In this document: piece after piece, positions 1 through 13,300 of the stretch | Position numbering within the stretch: the stretch's first letter is position 1 | Layout of the letters: each line of letters starts with the position of its first letter | Origin: a virus | IMG/VR virus record: IMGVR_UViG_3300043449_002204 | Location: 1-64,000 of that record | Reading direction: 5' to 3' (one strand) | Length of the DNA: 64,000 nucleotides | Translations under genes and position numbers: made by a program | Notes under the pieces: generated by a model | The model's input: only the letters and a program-made list of their open reading frames with translations | The model's database searches: none | Told to the model about the DNA's origin: nothing

Positions 1-1
1 C

Positions 2-3000
2 AATCACGTCAACACCAAGGCAACTCCAAGTCCTTTCCCATCAAGAACTCCAAGTAATACACCAACCTCAACTATAACTCCCACAATTACCTTAACACCA
101 ACAAATAGTGGATTGTCTACTCAAACTCCAACATCAACTCAAACACCTACCAATACTCCTACGTTAACTGAAACCCCTACTAACACTGTAACACCAACTG
201 TAACCACAACTGAAACTCCTACTAACACTGTTACACAAACTGTTACACCTACTAATACTATTACTTCCACTTCAACTGAAACACCTACCAATACACCTAC
301 TCAAACATCAACTAACACCCCTACTAATACTATAACCTCAACTCCAACTAATACTATAAGCGAAACTCCAACTAATACTCCAACTAATACAGTTACACCA
401 ACTGAAACTCCAACTAATACTGTCACACCAACTGAAACTGTTACATCTACTCCTACAACAACTCAAACTGCCACACCAACTGAAACTGTTACATCTACTC
501 CTACAACAACTCAAACTGCCGGTTCAACAAGTACTCCAACTAATACCCCAACTTCAACAATAACTGAAACACCAACAAGTACTCCAACTCAAACAAATAC
601 AATAACCCCAACTTCAACAATAACTGAAACACCAACTAATACAGTTACTCCTACCGAAACAAAAACACCTACTCCGACAAAAACACCAATAAGTTGTAAT
701 TGTATTGAATTTTTAGCGGCTTCAGGTCTTGCAATTATTAGTTATACAAAATGTGATGGTACTATTGTAACTAATTTACCAATTCCTTTAGGTCAAACAT
801 TTAAAGATTGTATTACTAATAATGAATATACTGTTTCATTTGGTACAGTTGTTACAAATTTTGGTTCTTGTATTGATAATTCATGTCCGACACCAACTCC
901 GACCCCAACTACAACTGAGACTCCTACACCAACACCAACTATAACTGAGACTCCTACTAATACGGTAACCCCAACAGAAACCGTTACATCTACCCCAACT
1001 ACAACTGAGACTCCTACTAATACGGTAACGATAACCCCAACTGCAACTATTACCCCAACTAAAACAGAATATAAACCATCAAGTAAATGGTTTAGTGGAT
1101 GTTGTCAACCAAATCAAATTATTAGAATATATGAAATTCCAGGAGAACTCGCTTCATTCATTATTGAAGGTGATGTTTATTATATTGAATCTTCCGGTTT
1201 TGTTGGTTGTGCTACAAATATAATAGAAACTGAGACCTCTTTAGAATATCTATTTGTCAATATAGAATCTAAGACTAACTGTGTAGATTGCACCACGGAA
1301 AACCCTTGTCCCACTCAGACCCCTACCGCAACACCAACCTCTACCCCAACTGAAACTCCAACTGAAACACCAACCGCAACACCAACAACAACTAACACCC
1401 CTACATTAACTGAAACACCAACAAGTACTGAAACTCCAACAAGTACTGAAACTCCAACAAGTACCTTAACTGTAACACCAACAAATACTGTAACCACTAC
1501 AGAAACCCCAACAAGTACTGTGACTGTAACTAGTACCCCAACAAATACTGTAACAACAACACCAACTCAAACCGTTACTCAAACTGTTACTATTACAGAA
1601 ACATCAACTAGTACTCCAACTCAAACAAGTACACTTACAAATACACCAACTTCAACTGAAACTAATACTCCTACGGTTACTTCAACTGAAACACCAACAC
1701 CGACTGCAACCCCAACTCCAACTAACACGCCAACTGTAACTTCAACATCGACTCAAACTCCAACTGTTACTCCAACTAATACAGTTACCGTAACTCCTTC
1801 GACTATATTCTGTGTTGATTGTGTTGAGTCAGGGTACACCTATGTTTTCCAATGCGCTCCAACTCCGTCAATAACAAAAACACCAAGTGTAACTCCAACG
1901 AATACTTATACTCCAACCATAACACCAACAAATACCTCAACAACTACTAATACTCCGACAAATACTAATACCTCAACAACAACTCAAACCCCTACTACAA
2001 CTAATACCCCAACAACCACAGTAACTCCAACAAATACATCAACAGTCACCATAACAAATACTGTGACTGAAACACCAACTAATACCGTAACACAAACCCC
2101 AACAAATACTGTTACTGAAACACCAACTAATACCGTAACACAAACACCAACTAATACAGTAACCTCAACAGTAACTGAAACACCAACTAATACAGTAACA
2201 CAAACACCAACTAATACAGAAACACCAACATCCACGCCAACACCAACTCCAACTATAACAGAATTTAAACCATCATTCAAACATTTTAGTGCTTGTTGTT
2301 CCCCTAACGAAGTATTCAGAGTTTTTGAGATACCCGGATTAACAGCAAACACTATCGTTGAAAATAATGTTTACTATATTGAGACTGGTGTGTTTAGTGG
2401 TTGTGCGGTAAATATATCCGAAACATTCACATCCAACAATTATATATTCTTAGGTATCACCGCTCAAACTAGTTGTAGCGGTTGTACATCATCAAATCCT
2501 TGCCCAACACCAACTCCAACCGTAACTCCAACCTCAACATCGACCCCAACACCAACTCAAACACCTACTAGTACTCCGACAAATACTAATACCCCTACAA
2601 ATACAATCACATCTACTCCTACAGTAACTGTAACACCAACTGAAACTGTAACACAAACTCCAACAAATACTATAACCCCAACTCAAACTTCAACTATAAC
2701 TGCAACATTAACTTCAACACCAACTAAAACTTCAGCACCGGCTTGTGACATTCTGATTAGTTTAGTTGATTGTGGTGGTACCGTTTTAGCGAGTGCAACT
2801 CCTCCAACAAGTATAATCAACTTAGACCGCGTAAATGATTCATCATATACCATTAATGGTACTATATTCCACAGTCCGTTTAATTTAAATGGTACTAGCC
2901 CTGGAAATATATATTTGGCGGTTTCTACCACTCAACCTGTATGGAGAAATAGTTCATCAATTAATGGCCCTCTAAACAGAAGTGCAATATGGTCATTAAC

Positions 3001-4306
3001 AGATTTTCCAACTGACACATGGTTAGGGTTTAGTGTTTGTATAACAGTTCCTGAAACTAAAACATATTGGGTTGGTTTAGGAGCCGATAACAATTTTAGA
3101 TTTGTTTTAGATGGTGTTGAGCAAGTAAACACAGTTGGTGGTCCTTATGATTATGCAACTTGTAGTTGCAATCTCGCATTCATATATTGGCATGTATACC
3201 CTATAACAATAACTGCGGGTAATCACATAGTTGATTTATATGGTTTAAATAATGGCAGTATTGCTGGTTTTGGTTGTGAAATTTATAATAATACTATAGA
3301 AGAATTAACGGGAGCTACCCAAGTTTCTGATTTAAATATTATTTTCTCATCTGGAGACCAATTAAGCGCTACCACAATACAGAATTTATCAGGTCAGTAC
3401 TTATCGAGTGGTTATACTTGTCCTGAAGGATATATTTTCGACCCATGTAATTTAGCTTGTTACATGGAATTACCTGAGTGTTCTCCTACACCAACACCAA
3501 CTAAAACTACAACACCTACAATTACACCAACTAATACTTTAACTCAAACTAATACTCAAACTCCTACAATTACTCAAACATCAACTAATACTAAAACACC
3601 TACAATAACACCTACTACAACTCAAACACTAACTAATACTAACACTCCAACACCTACCCCAACTAGATTAATTGGTGGTAGCGCCTTATTTGCACCTAAT
3701 GAAGGTGATTTCATGAGTGTAACTGGTAGTACATCATTTGCGGTTGGTACTGGTGATTTTACAGTTGAGTGGTTCCAATATCAAAATAACCAAGGTAACG
3801 AAAACTACCTATTTAGTTATGGTGCAGATACAAATAACTTCGCCGTTTCAGTTCAATCGGGTGGTAATAGATTAAGATTCTACATGGGAGGTGCGTTACT
3901 AGATAATCCAATAGTAGCAAATGATGCAAATACTTGGTATCATATTGCGATATCAAGAAATTCTGGAGTTTATAATGGATATTTCAATGGTACTAGAGTA
4001 TTAACAATTGCCGATTCTACAAATATAACAGATACAACATCTTTATTCTACATTGGATATGACGGTTCAGGAAATACTGGTAGAATATTCCCTGGTAACA
4101 TAACAAACTTCAGATTTATTAAGGGAACCGCACTTTATACAAATTCTACATTGACTATTCCAACAGAACCTTTAACAAGTGTTACAGGTACTGAATTGTT
4201 GTTATGTGTTTTCTCAGAAGATAGACTTACCGAAGATACAAGTGGAACAAATAAAATTATATCGAATAATGGTGCGACATACAGCACATTCACACCATTT
4301 ATATAA
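2..4306 (+). CDS. Giant Thr/Pro-rich modular virion/adhesin-like protein, 5' truncated. It has (T-x)n linkers, Cys-rich modules, a PA14/jelly-roll-like domain (~2740-3480) and a C-terminal ConA/LamG-like lectin domain (~3670-4303).
   Basis: The frame of ORF 113..4306 is open from base 2, so the TTG at 113 is unlikely to be the start. The C-terminus has the LamG-type motifs [25 protein letters not shown] and [15 protein letters not shown]. The middle domain has [12 protein letters not shown]...[12 protein letters not shown]. Confidence 0.85.
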   Translation, partial: NHVNTKATPSPFPSRTPSNTPTSTITPTITLTPTNSGLSTQTPTSTQTPTNTPTLTETPTNTVTPTVTTTETPTNTVTQTVTPTNTITSTSTETPTNTPTQTSTNTPTNTITSTPTNTISETPTNTPTNTVTPTETPTNTVTPTETVTSTPTTTQTATPTETVTSTPTTTQTAGSTSTPTNTPTSTITETPTSTPTQTNTITPTSTITETPTNTVTPTETKTPTPTKTPISCNCIEFLAASGLAIISYTKCDGTIVTNLPIPLGQTFKDCITNNEYTVSFGTVVTNFGSCIDNSCPTPTPTPTTTETPTPTPTITETPTNTVTPTETVTSTPTTTETPTNTVTITPTATITPTKTEYKPSSKWFSGCCQPNQIIRIYEIPGELASFIIEGDVYYIESSGFVGCATNIIETETSLEYLFVNIESKTNCVDCTTENPCPTQTPTATPTSTPTETPTETPTATPTTTNTPTLTETPTSTETPTSTETPTSTLTVTPTNTVTTTETPTSTVTVTSTPTNTVTTTPTQTVTQTVTITETSTSTPTQTSTLTNTPTSTETNTPTVTSTETPTPTATPTPTNTPTVTSTSTQTPTVTPTNTVTVTPSTIFCVDCVESGYTYVFQCAPTPSITKTPSVTPTNTYTPTITPTNTSTTTNTPTNTNTSTTTQTPTTTNTPTTTVTPTNTSTVTITNTVTETPTNTVTQTPTNTVTETPTNTVTQTPTNTVTSTVTETPTNTVTQTPTNTETPTSTPTPTPTITEFKPSFKHFSACCSPNEVFRVFEIPGLTANTIVENNVYYIETGVFSGCAVNISETFTSNNYIFLGITAQTSCSGCTSSNPCPTPTPTVTPTSTSTPTPTQTPTSTPTNTNTPTNTITSTPTVTVTPTETVTQTPTNTITPTQTSTITATLTSTPTKTSAPACDILISLVDCGGTVLASATPPTSIINLDRVNDSSYTINGTIFHSPFNLNGTSPGNIYLAVSTTQPVWRNSSSINGPLNRSAIWSLTDFPTDTWLGFSVCITVPETKTYWVGLGADNNFRFVLDGVEQVNTVGGPYDYATCSCNLAFIYWHVYPITITAGNHIVDLYGLNNGSIAGFGCEIYNNTIEELTGATQVSDLNIIFSSGDQLSATTIQNLSGQYLSSGYTCPEGYIFDPCNLACYMELPECSPTPTPTKTTTPTITPTNTLTQTNTQTPTITQTSTNTKTPTITPTTTQTLTNTNTPTPTPTRLIGGSALFAPNEGDFMSVTGSTSFAVGTGDFTVEWFQYQNNQGNENYLFSYGADTNNFAVSVQSGGNRLRFYMGGALLDNPIVANDANTWYHIAISRNSGVYNGYFNGTRVLTIADSTNITDTTSLFYIGYDGSGNTGRIFPGNITNFRFIKGTALYTNSTLTIPTEPLTSVTGTELLLCVFSEDRLTEDTSGTNKIISNNGATYSTFTPFI
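425..520 (+). repeat. Perfect 48-nt tandem duplication ([16 protein letters not shown] x2)
   Basis: acaccaactgaaactgttacatctactcctacaacaactcaaactgcc occurs twice in tandem. Confidence 0.9.
1793..1899 (+). repeat. Dispersed near-identical repeat, copy 1 ([31 protein letters not shown])
   Basis: Matches ~4633-4739 in the next gene at DNA and protein level. Confidence 0.9.
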
Positions 4307-4320
4307 TTATTGAAAAAGAA

Positions 4321-7300
4321 ATGCAGACAGCACTAATAAACTCAGTTAATTTTACAGGACAGGTTGCAGTAATAACATTCTATCCTCAAACTGGTGGTAC
4401 TGTCAACATAGGTAGTCAAACAATTCCTTTTTATTATGCCGCTGATTACGTATGTGGTTTATATAATTTATATTTTCCATATTACAATACAACTTGTACT
4501 TATGAATTATTATGTCCAACCCCAACACCTACCGCGACAATCACCCAAACCCCAACAAATACTCAAACTCCAACCACAACATCCACTATTACTTTAACCC
4601 CAACAATAACTCCAACTAATACCTTAACACCAACTCCTTCAATTATATTTTGTGTTGATTGTGTCGAATCAGGTTATACGTATGTATTTGAGTGTGCTCC
4701 AACTCCTTCAATAACAAAAACACCAAGTGTAACTCCAACAATAACTTACACCCCAACTCAAACTTCTACAAATACCCCAACTATTACAAAAACTCCAACA
4801 TCAACACCTACCATAACTCAAACTCCAACTAATACAGTTACACAAACACCTACTAGAACAATTACTCCAACTCCTACCAAACTAATTAATGTACCAGAAT
4901 GTGCAGTAATATTTAATTCCGGACAAAATGTATATTTCTATGAAGTGGACACAAATACCACAACTCAATTAACTGTACCTGACGTTCCTTCATTTACAAC
5001 AAATGACATTGCACACACCACCACAAAATTATGGATGGCGGGTAGTAATAGTATTTATGAATGGAATATAACGTTAAGTCCATTTACTGCGGTATTTAAT
5101 ACGATAATTACAATACCAACTATATTTATTGGTCCTGGATTAGGGTCAATAAATAACACGACATTAATTGCGGTTGATGAAAGTATCAATCCGGCATCAG
5201 TAATAACTTTGGACGTATCTTCGTCGCCTGCAGTTATAACATATCAATTTGATATGTTACCAAATAGATATGTTTCAGGTGACATATTATTAACAACAAC
5301 AAATAAAGTTTTAATTACAAATTATAGTTACGTACCACCGTTTGAACAATATATAACACAATATAACTATTTAACAGGTGAACCTGAGGTTGACATTCAA
5401 ATTTCCCCAACTATAAGCGCCCCTTGGGGTATTTTTGAGGATAATAATGAAATTTACATTATGAACGGTAGTTCGTCAAATAATGTTTTTCATATTAACA
5501 GAAATTATCCATACACAATAACATTAACTGGTGATACTGGATATCCGGTATATGGTGCATCTCAAGTACCGAGTTGTTTAACAGTTGATTTTATACCTCA
5601 AATTACACCAACTCCAACTAATACACCTACTAGTACACCGACAAATACAATAACATCAACCCCTACTGTAACTTCAACAAAAACCCCAACCCCTACTAAA
5701 ACACCAGTTACATGTGAATGTTTTGTAATAGAAGCGGTTGGCGCAAATGCGGTGATTGAATATTTTAAATGTGGTAGTGGTGGTCAATTTGAAACAAAAT
5801 TAGTTGAACTAAACAGACCTTTTAGAGTTTGTTTAGAGAATAGTGGTGTTACGGCAACTGCCGGTATAATACAAGTATCTAATTTTGGTAACTGTGTTGA
5901 TGGTCAGTGCTCAAGTCCAACTCCAACTCCAACTGTTACTCAGACTCCAACTAACACTCAAACCCAAACTCAAACTCCTACTAATACTCAAACACAAACT
6001 ATAACCTCAACATTAACATTAACACCAACAACAACTGAAACCCCAACAAATACCACCACACCAACAACAACTGAAACCCCAACAAATACCACAACGGTTA
6101 CTCCTACCGCAACAACAACTATAACTGTAACTCCAACTAATACTGAAACTCAAACTCCAACAGCAACTGAAACTCCGACTCCAACTAATACACCTACCTT
6201 AACCGAAACTCCAACTAATACAGTTACACAAACACCTACTGAAACTCCAACTAACACACCTACAATAACCCCAACACCATTTTGTATTGACACATGTTCA
6301 ATTTTATATGTTGACGCGTCATCAATTATTTATGAGTATGATTATGTGACTGAAACCTCAATTCAGGTATTAGATACAAAACTTAGACTTGTCGACATAG
6401 CACATTCAAGTAGCAAACTTTTTGCAAATACTAGTAATATTATATACAGATACGATTTAACATTTTGTCCATTAACAATAACACCTATTGACTCAATAAA
6501 CAGAAGTTTCTTGGGGGACGGTTTATTCGCAATTGATGACGATACTTTAATAATAATTAACACTCAAAGCATTACTCAGCAAACGGTTCAACAATTAACC
6601 TACTCAACAAACACAATAACACCTAAATTTTCTTTACCCGAAACATTATCTATTAGGGGTGACTTTATCCTAACAACAACAAATAAGTTTATCATATCAA
6701 TGTTTAGTGGGATTAATAACTATATTTTACAATACGATTATACCACAGGTGAACAGGAAGTGTTTTTCCAAGTATCTCAACCTATATCAGGTTTCTTTGA
6801 GTATGGTAGTTCAATATACGCAGTTAATACCGCTGGTGTAATTTTTGAAGTTATTTTAGATTCTCCTTGGGGTTTATCTCCAACATCACTAGACCCATTT
6901 GTTTATTTAGGTATCGTAAAGGGTATTTCTCAAGTGCAGTCTTGTTTACCTATAAGCTTTTCAAAAGTAACCCCTACACCTACTTCAACCCCTACACCTA
7001 CTCCTACACCAACGACTACTGAAACACCAACTAATACTGTTACTCCTACAACTACTGAAAGTTCTACTCCAACACAAACACCTACCACAACTGAAACCCC
7101 AACAAATACTGTAACAACTACTGAAACCCCAACAAATACTGTAACAACTACTGAAACCCCAACAAATACTGCAACACCAACTCCAACACCAACCACAGAT
7201 TGTTTTTGTTATACGTTTGTAAATACCGACCCATCTGATAAACATAATGTTAGCGGTAAAGATTGTAACAATGTTAACTTCGCATATTCTTTACAACCCG

Positions 7301-10300
7301 CCGGCTCTGAAGGCGATACCGTAAGTTTATGTGCGTCTTCGAGTTTAGTTTTTGACCCAGAAGTTGCAATATTTAATAATGGTATTTGCGAAGGTTTCTG
7401 CGGTACTCCAACCCCTACACCTACTAGCACTGAAACACCTACCCCAACAATTACGGAAACTCCAACACAAACTCCAACTGAAACTCCTACTAGCACTGTA
7501 ACTCCAACTGAAACTCCTACTAGCACTGTAACTCCAACTGAAACTCCTACAAATACAGTGACAGTGACACCAACTAGTACAGTAACTATGACACCAACTG
7601 TAACTTCAACTCCTACACCAACAATAACAGAATATAAGCCAGCAATAAGAACATTTAGCGGATGTTGTTTCCCATACGAAATTTTTAAACTTTACGAAAT
7701 ACCAGGATTAACTGCAGATACAATTGTTGAAAATACTGTTTACTATGTTGAATCTCCCGTATTTAGTGGATGTGCTACTAATATCTCAGATACATTTACA
7801 CAAAATAATTACTTATTTAATGGTATAACTGCTCAAACTAGTTGTAGTGGTTGTACATCATCTGTTCCTTGTCCAAGTTCAACTCCGACACCTACCGTTA
7901 CATCAACTCCGACACCTACACCAACTGTAACTGAGACTCCAACAAATACTGTAACTCCAACTGTAACTGAGACTCCAACAAATACCACAACGGTTACTAC
8001 TACCGTAACACCAACAGAAACTCCGACATCAACTCAAACTCCAACCCAAACTCCAACTAATACAAGAACATTAACACCAACAAGAACGCCAATAATTTGT
8101 GTATGTTACTCGGTAACTAATTTATCCCCATTTTTTAGTAGTTATACAGGATTACTTTGTAATGGTTCGCCCGCAGGTGGTATACCTATTGGTCCAAATG
8201 CAACTATCACCAATTGTTATGCAAAAGATTCACTTATAGACCTTAGCGGTTCTGGTAATATAATATTTATCGAAAACGGAGAATGTGATGGTAGTATAGT
8301 TTGCCCAACTAGAACTCCGACCCCAACAAGAACTTCCACACCAACTCCAACTCCAACAAATACTGAAACTCCAACAGTAACTCCAACTCCAACAAATACT
8401 GAAACTCCAACAAATACCGTAACGACAACTGAAACACCTACAAATACTACAACACCCACAAATACTGAAACCCAAACTCCAACAATGACTCCAACTCCAA
8501 CAGAAACACTTTGTTGCACATCTTGGACATTATATGGTGATTATGGTAATTTAGTTGATTCGGGGTTTGTTTTTTCAAAACCTCCAATTGTTGCGGGGTC
8601 TACTTCAATAGTTATACCTCAAGGTACACTTTCCCCATCAACCAATTTGGTTGGAATGATATTACAACTAACAAGTGTGAATCCACCATTACCTGTTGAA
8701 TTTGTAACAATTCAAACATCAACATACAATTCACTTAATTTTACTTTTAATTTAACATTTACACCACCATTAAATAACACTTTAGGTGGTAGTGTTAATA
8801 GCGTATCATATGTAATTTACGAATCTCAAACTGAATTTTTAATTAATAATTGTGATGGTAGTAATTCAACAATTTATTTAGGTATAAACCAAACGTATGT
8901 TGCACTTTGTGCTTATAATGTTCAAGTAATTGGTGGTTTAGGATATTCTGAATCAGACCCAAGTTGTATATGTTTAACTCAAACTCCAACTAACACTCCT
9001 ACGCCAACTCAAACTCCAACTAATACTGTAACTTCAACACCTACACAAACACTACCAATATGTATTGAAGGTTGTAATCCAATATTTCGTAATAACCTTA
9101 ATGGTAACCTTTACTTATACAATATGTTAACGGATACCTCTACAATTTTACCAGGGTCTTCAACTACAGGTAGTATTGCAACAGGTAATCCTAATTTTTA
9201 CTGGACATTAAACGGACTAACAATAACTCAATATGACTTAACTTTATGTCCATTTACAGGAATAACACAAACGAATCAATTTGACATTAATGTCAATTTG
9301 AATGCAATGACATCAAGTGGAAATACCATATTAATCGGAGCAATTAACACAGTACCGGTATCAATCTACCAATATGATATTAGTGGTCCAACTCCGATAA
9401 CCACATTAATGTTTACATTACCTTTAGGTAATCCGCAATATTCGGTATCGTCAATTTATTTAACTAATACAGGTAAATTAATTGTCGCATTGGGTCAACA
9501 AAATTTTGCTTTAGGAGTTTTCACATATTCATTGATACAATTAAGTTACCCTGATGGTACTCCTGAACTAACAATAAGTTTACCTTCACTAAACTCATCA
9601 GGTCCTAATGGGATTACAAGTATATTCACATATAATAATCAAATTTACATAACTAGAGGTGTAACAGGTGAAATATATTCAATATCATTAAGTAGTCCTT
9701 ATAATTTAAATCTATACAACGATACCGGATTATCCGCATCCAATTTATTACAATCTATGGATTGTAGAAATGTTAATTTTATACCAGAAACCCCCACCCC
9801 AACTCCTACTAAAACAAGTACTCAGACTCCAACAAAAACTCCAACAAATAGTCCTACTAATACCGTAACTCAAACTAAAACTCCTACTAACACAAGAACT
9901 CAAACTCCTACTAATACCCCAACAACAACTGAAACTCCAACAAATACCCCAACAACAACTGAAACTCCAACTAGTACAGTGACAATAACACCTACCAGTA
10001 CATTAACTATAACACCAACTAAAACACCACCACCATGTTTTTCAAGTTGTGATGTGGTATTACTAGATAATGTTGGTAGGGTTTATTTTTATAATAACAT
10101 AACTAATACAATTTTCTTTACAGGTATAGACGCACCTGCCGGTTCCGACATTGCTCACACTAACAACAGAATTTGGATTAATAACGGAACTAATCTTTTC
10201 CAATACGATATAACACTATGTCCATTTAGTGTAATATCCGCAACGACTATCTCAGTTAGTCCAACGACATTAGGGGCTGGTTTATTCGCAATTAATGATA

Positions 10301-13300
10301 CAACATTAATCGCAAACACAGGTATTATCCCTACTAACTCAATTATTGAAATTGATGTTTCAGACCCACTATCCCCTGTAATAACCACCAAATTTCCTTT
10401 GATAAGTGGAAGAAGGGTTGCTGGTGATTATGTGTTAACTAATACAGGTAAATTAATTGTATCTAATTTTAATAGTAGTAATACTCAATACATAACCCAA
10501 TATAACTACATAACAAGTGTAACTCCTCCTATAGATAACAATATTGATATTGTTATATCACCAACTATAACAACACCTTATGGTTTATACCAATATGGTA
10601 GTGATTTTTATATTCTTAACTCTACCGGAACTCAATACATTATTGGTTTAACAGAACCTTACACATTAACTCAAGTGCAAACAATTCCTTTACCAAGCGG
10701 TGTAATAAATCCATCCTATTTTGGAGCTTCCCAATTATATGGTTGTATTACAGACTCTATTGTTGCGGTAACCCCGACTCCAACACAAACTCCAACTCAA
10801 ACCGCAACACCTACTCTTACATCAACACCGACAGTTACAATAACACCAACAACAACTGAAACACCAACCTCAACACAAACACCAACAAATACTGAAACTC
10901 CAACCTCAACACAAACACCAACAAATACTGAAACTACAACTAACACTCCAACAAATACTGAAACTCCAACTAACACTCCAACAAATACTGAAACTCCAAC
11001 TAACACTCCAACGGTAACTCCAACAAAAACTTATTATCCACCTTCAAGATTATGGTTTAGTGCATGTTGTAGCAATGAAATATTTGAAATATACAATATT
11101 CCTGGTATAATTGCAGCAGGAATAAATATAGGTGATACTTTATATGTAAATTCTGAATCAGGGACTCCTCAATATGTTGATAATGGTAATTATAGTATTA
11201 ATACCCCTACGGGTAGCATATTCTTAAATATAAGTGATTTTGTTGGTGCTGATAGTAGTTATTTTACTGTTGGTACAATACTGACCGGTCCTGGTAGTGG
11301 ATTAGTTACCACTGCAACTATTATTAGTTTTGATATTGAGACCGGAGTTATTACAACTAATGTTGGTTTAGATTATAGTAATTTAATACCAATACCTGTA
11401 ACTATTTTAATTAACGTATCAACTTATTACAGTAGTGGAATAGGATTTACAGGTTGTGCAACAGTAATAAATCAAACTGAAACAAATAACGTTTATCATT
11501 ATATAGTATTTGTACCACAAACAGATTGCCCAACTTGTTTTAATTCATATCCTTGTCCAAGTTCAACACCAACACCTACCGTAACATCAACTCCAACTGT
11601 GACACCTACACCAACACAAACTGAAACTCCAACTCAAACTCCCACATCAACCATTACTTCAACACCTACAATAACCTCAACACCTACAATAACCTCAACT
11701 AGTACACCAACCGTAACATCTACAGGTACATTAACACCAACCGTAACATCTACAGGTACATTAACACCAACCGTAACTCCGTCACCATTTACTTGTAATT
11801 GTTTTACATTCTTTAATACCTCGAATTCTCAAAATGGTACAGTAAATTATACCGGTTGTACCGGAATAGCCGGTGTTACAACAGTTGCTGCCGGTGATTA
11901 TACTCAATTATGTGTTAGAGCAAGTGCATATACGCTTTCCGCTCCAATAACAATAGTTTACCTAAATGGTGATTGTTCAACAGGAATTTGTCCTGAAATA
12001 ACTATTAATCCATGTTACCCATACATACTTCATGGTGTAAATAGACTTGTTTATACTTATGACCCAGTTACAAATACTCAAATACCTTTACCTATTAGTA
12101 TTTTATCCACAAATTTATTTGATATTGCAACTAACGATAATTATTTATGGATTTTTGGTGAATTCCAAATTGGGGGTATTGGTATCAAAGAATACACTAT
12201 AAGTACATCACCCTTTACCGCATCTCTAAATAGATTTATAACCACAACATCTCCTCTTTTCACCGCACAAGGTGTGTTAGCGGCAATTAATAATGGAACT
12301 CTATTATCAACAAGTGGTAACTCTAATAGTTTAGTTACATTAGATATCTCAAATCCGCTAACTACTTCAGTAACTCCTCAATTTTTATTTAACACCGCAC
12401 CTAATAGAGTGGTAAGAGGTGATTTAATTTATACTAATACAAATAAAATTATCGCGTCAACTTATACCGCCAGTACACCAGCTCAATCATTTATAACTCA
12501 ATATGATTTTAACGGTAATGTTGAATTAGAAATACAATTTGGTAATGTTTCTAACGGATTTAGTTACTACATATTTGGTTCTCAATTTTATTTAATTAGT
12601 AATTCAACAACTGTAAATTCTCAAAGATTTTTGAGGAATTTAACGGAGCCTTACGCTCAAACAAGTTTAAGTTCTTTAACAATTCCAATAATTGGTATAG
12701 CACAATCAGTAAATTGTTTAGATGAAAACTTTATACCTCCGTCGCCAACGCCTACAAAAACACCTACACCAACTCCGACACCAACAAGAACTTCAACTCA
12801 AACACCAACAAAAACTTCAACTCAAACATCTACACCAACAATTACTCAGACTCCAACAACTACTCAGACTCCAACAATTACCGTTACTAATACTCAAACT
12901 CCAACTAATACTCAGACCCCAACTAACACTGTCACAATAACATCAACATCAACTCAAACTCCAACAATTACAAGAACATCAACCCAAACTCCAACAATTA
13001 CAAGAACATCAACCCAAACTAACACACCAACTCAAACGCAAACCGCAACAGTTACCATAACTTTGACGACCACACCAACACCTACAAATACACCTAATTT
13101 ATTATCATGTACTTGTTATAATTTCTTTAACAACACAACCACAAATGGTTCAGTTCAATATTACGATTGTAATGGGATTTATAATAATATAACAATAACC
13201 GGAGCGTCTTATGCTCAACTTTGTGTATCAGGTAATCCAACCAATCCACAATACACCGCAACAACTCAAATTGGTATAATATATCAATTAGGAGATTGCA

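Noticed and set aside
1793-4739. Near-identical repeat pair as a DGR template/variable repeat
   Set aside because: Both copies are internal to coding sequence, the differences are mostly synonymous and not adenine-specific, and there is no reverse transcriptase in the window.
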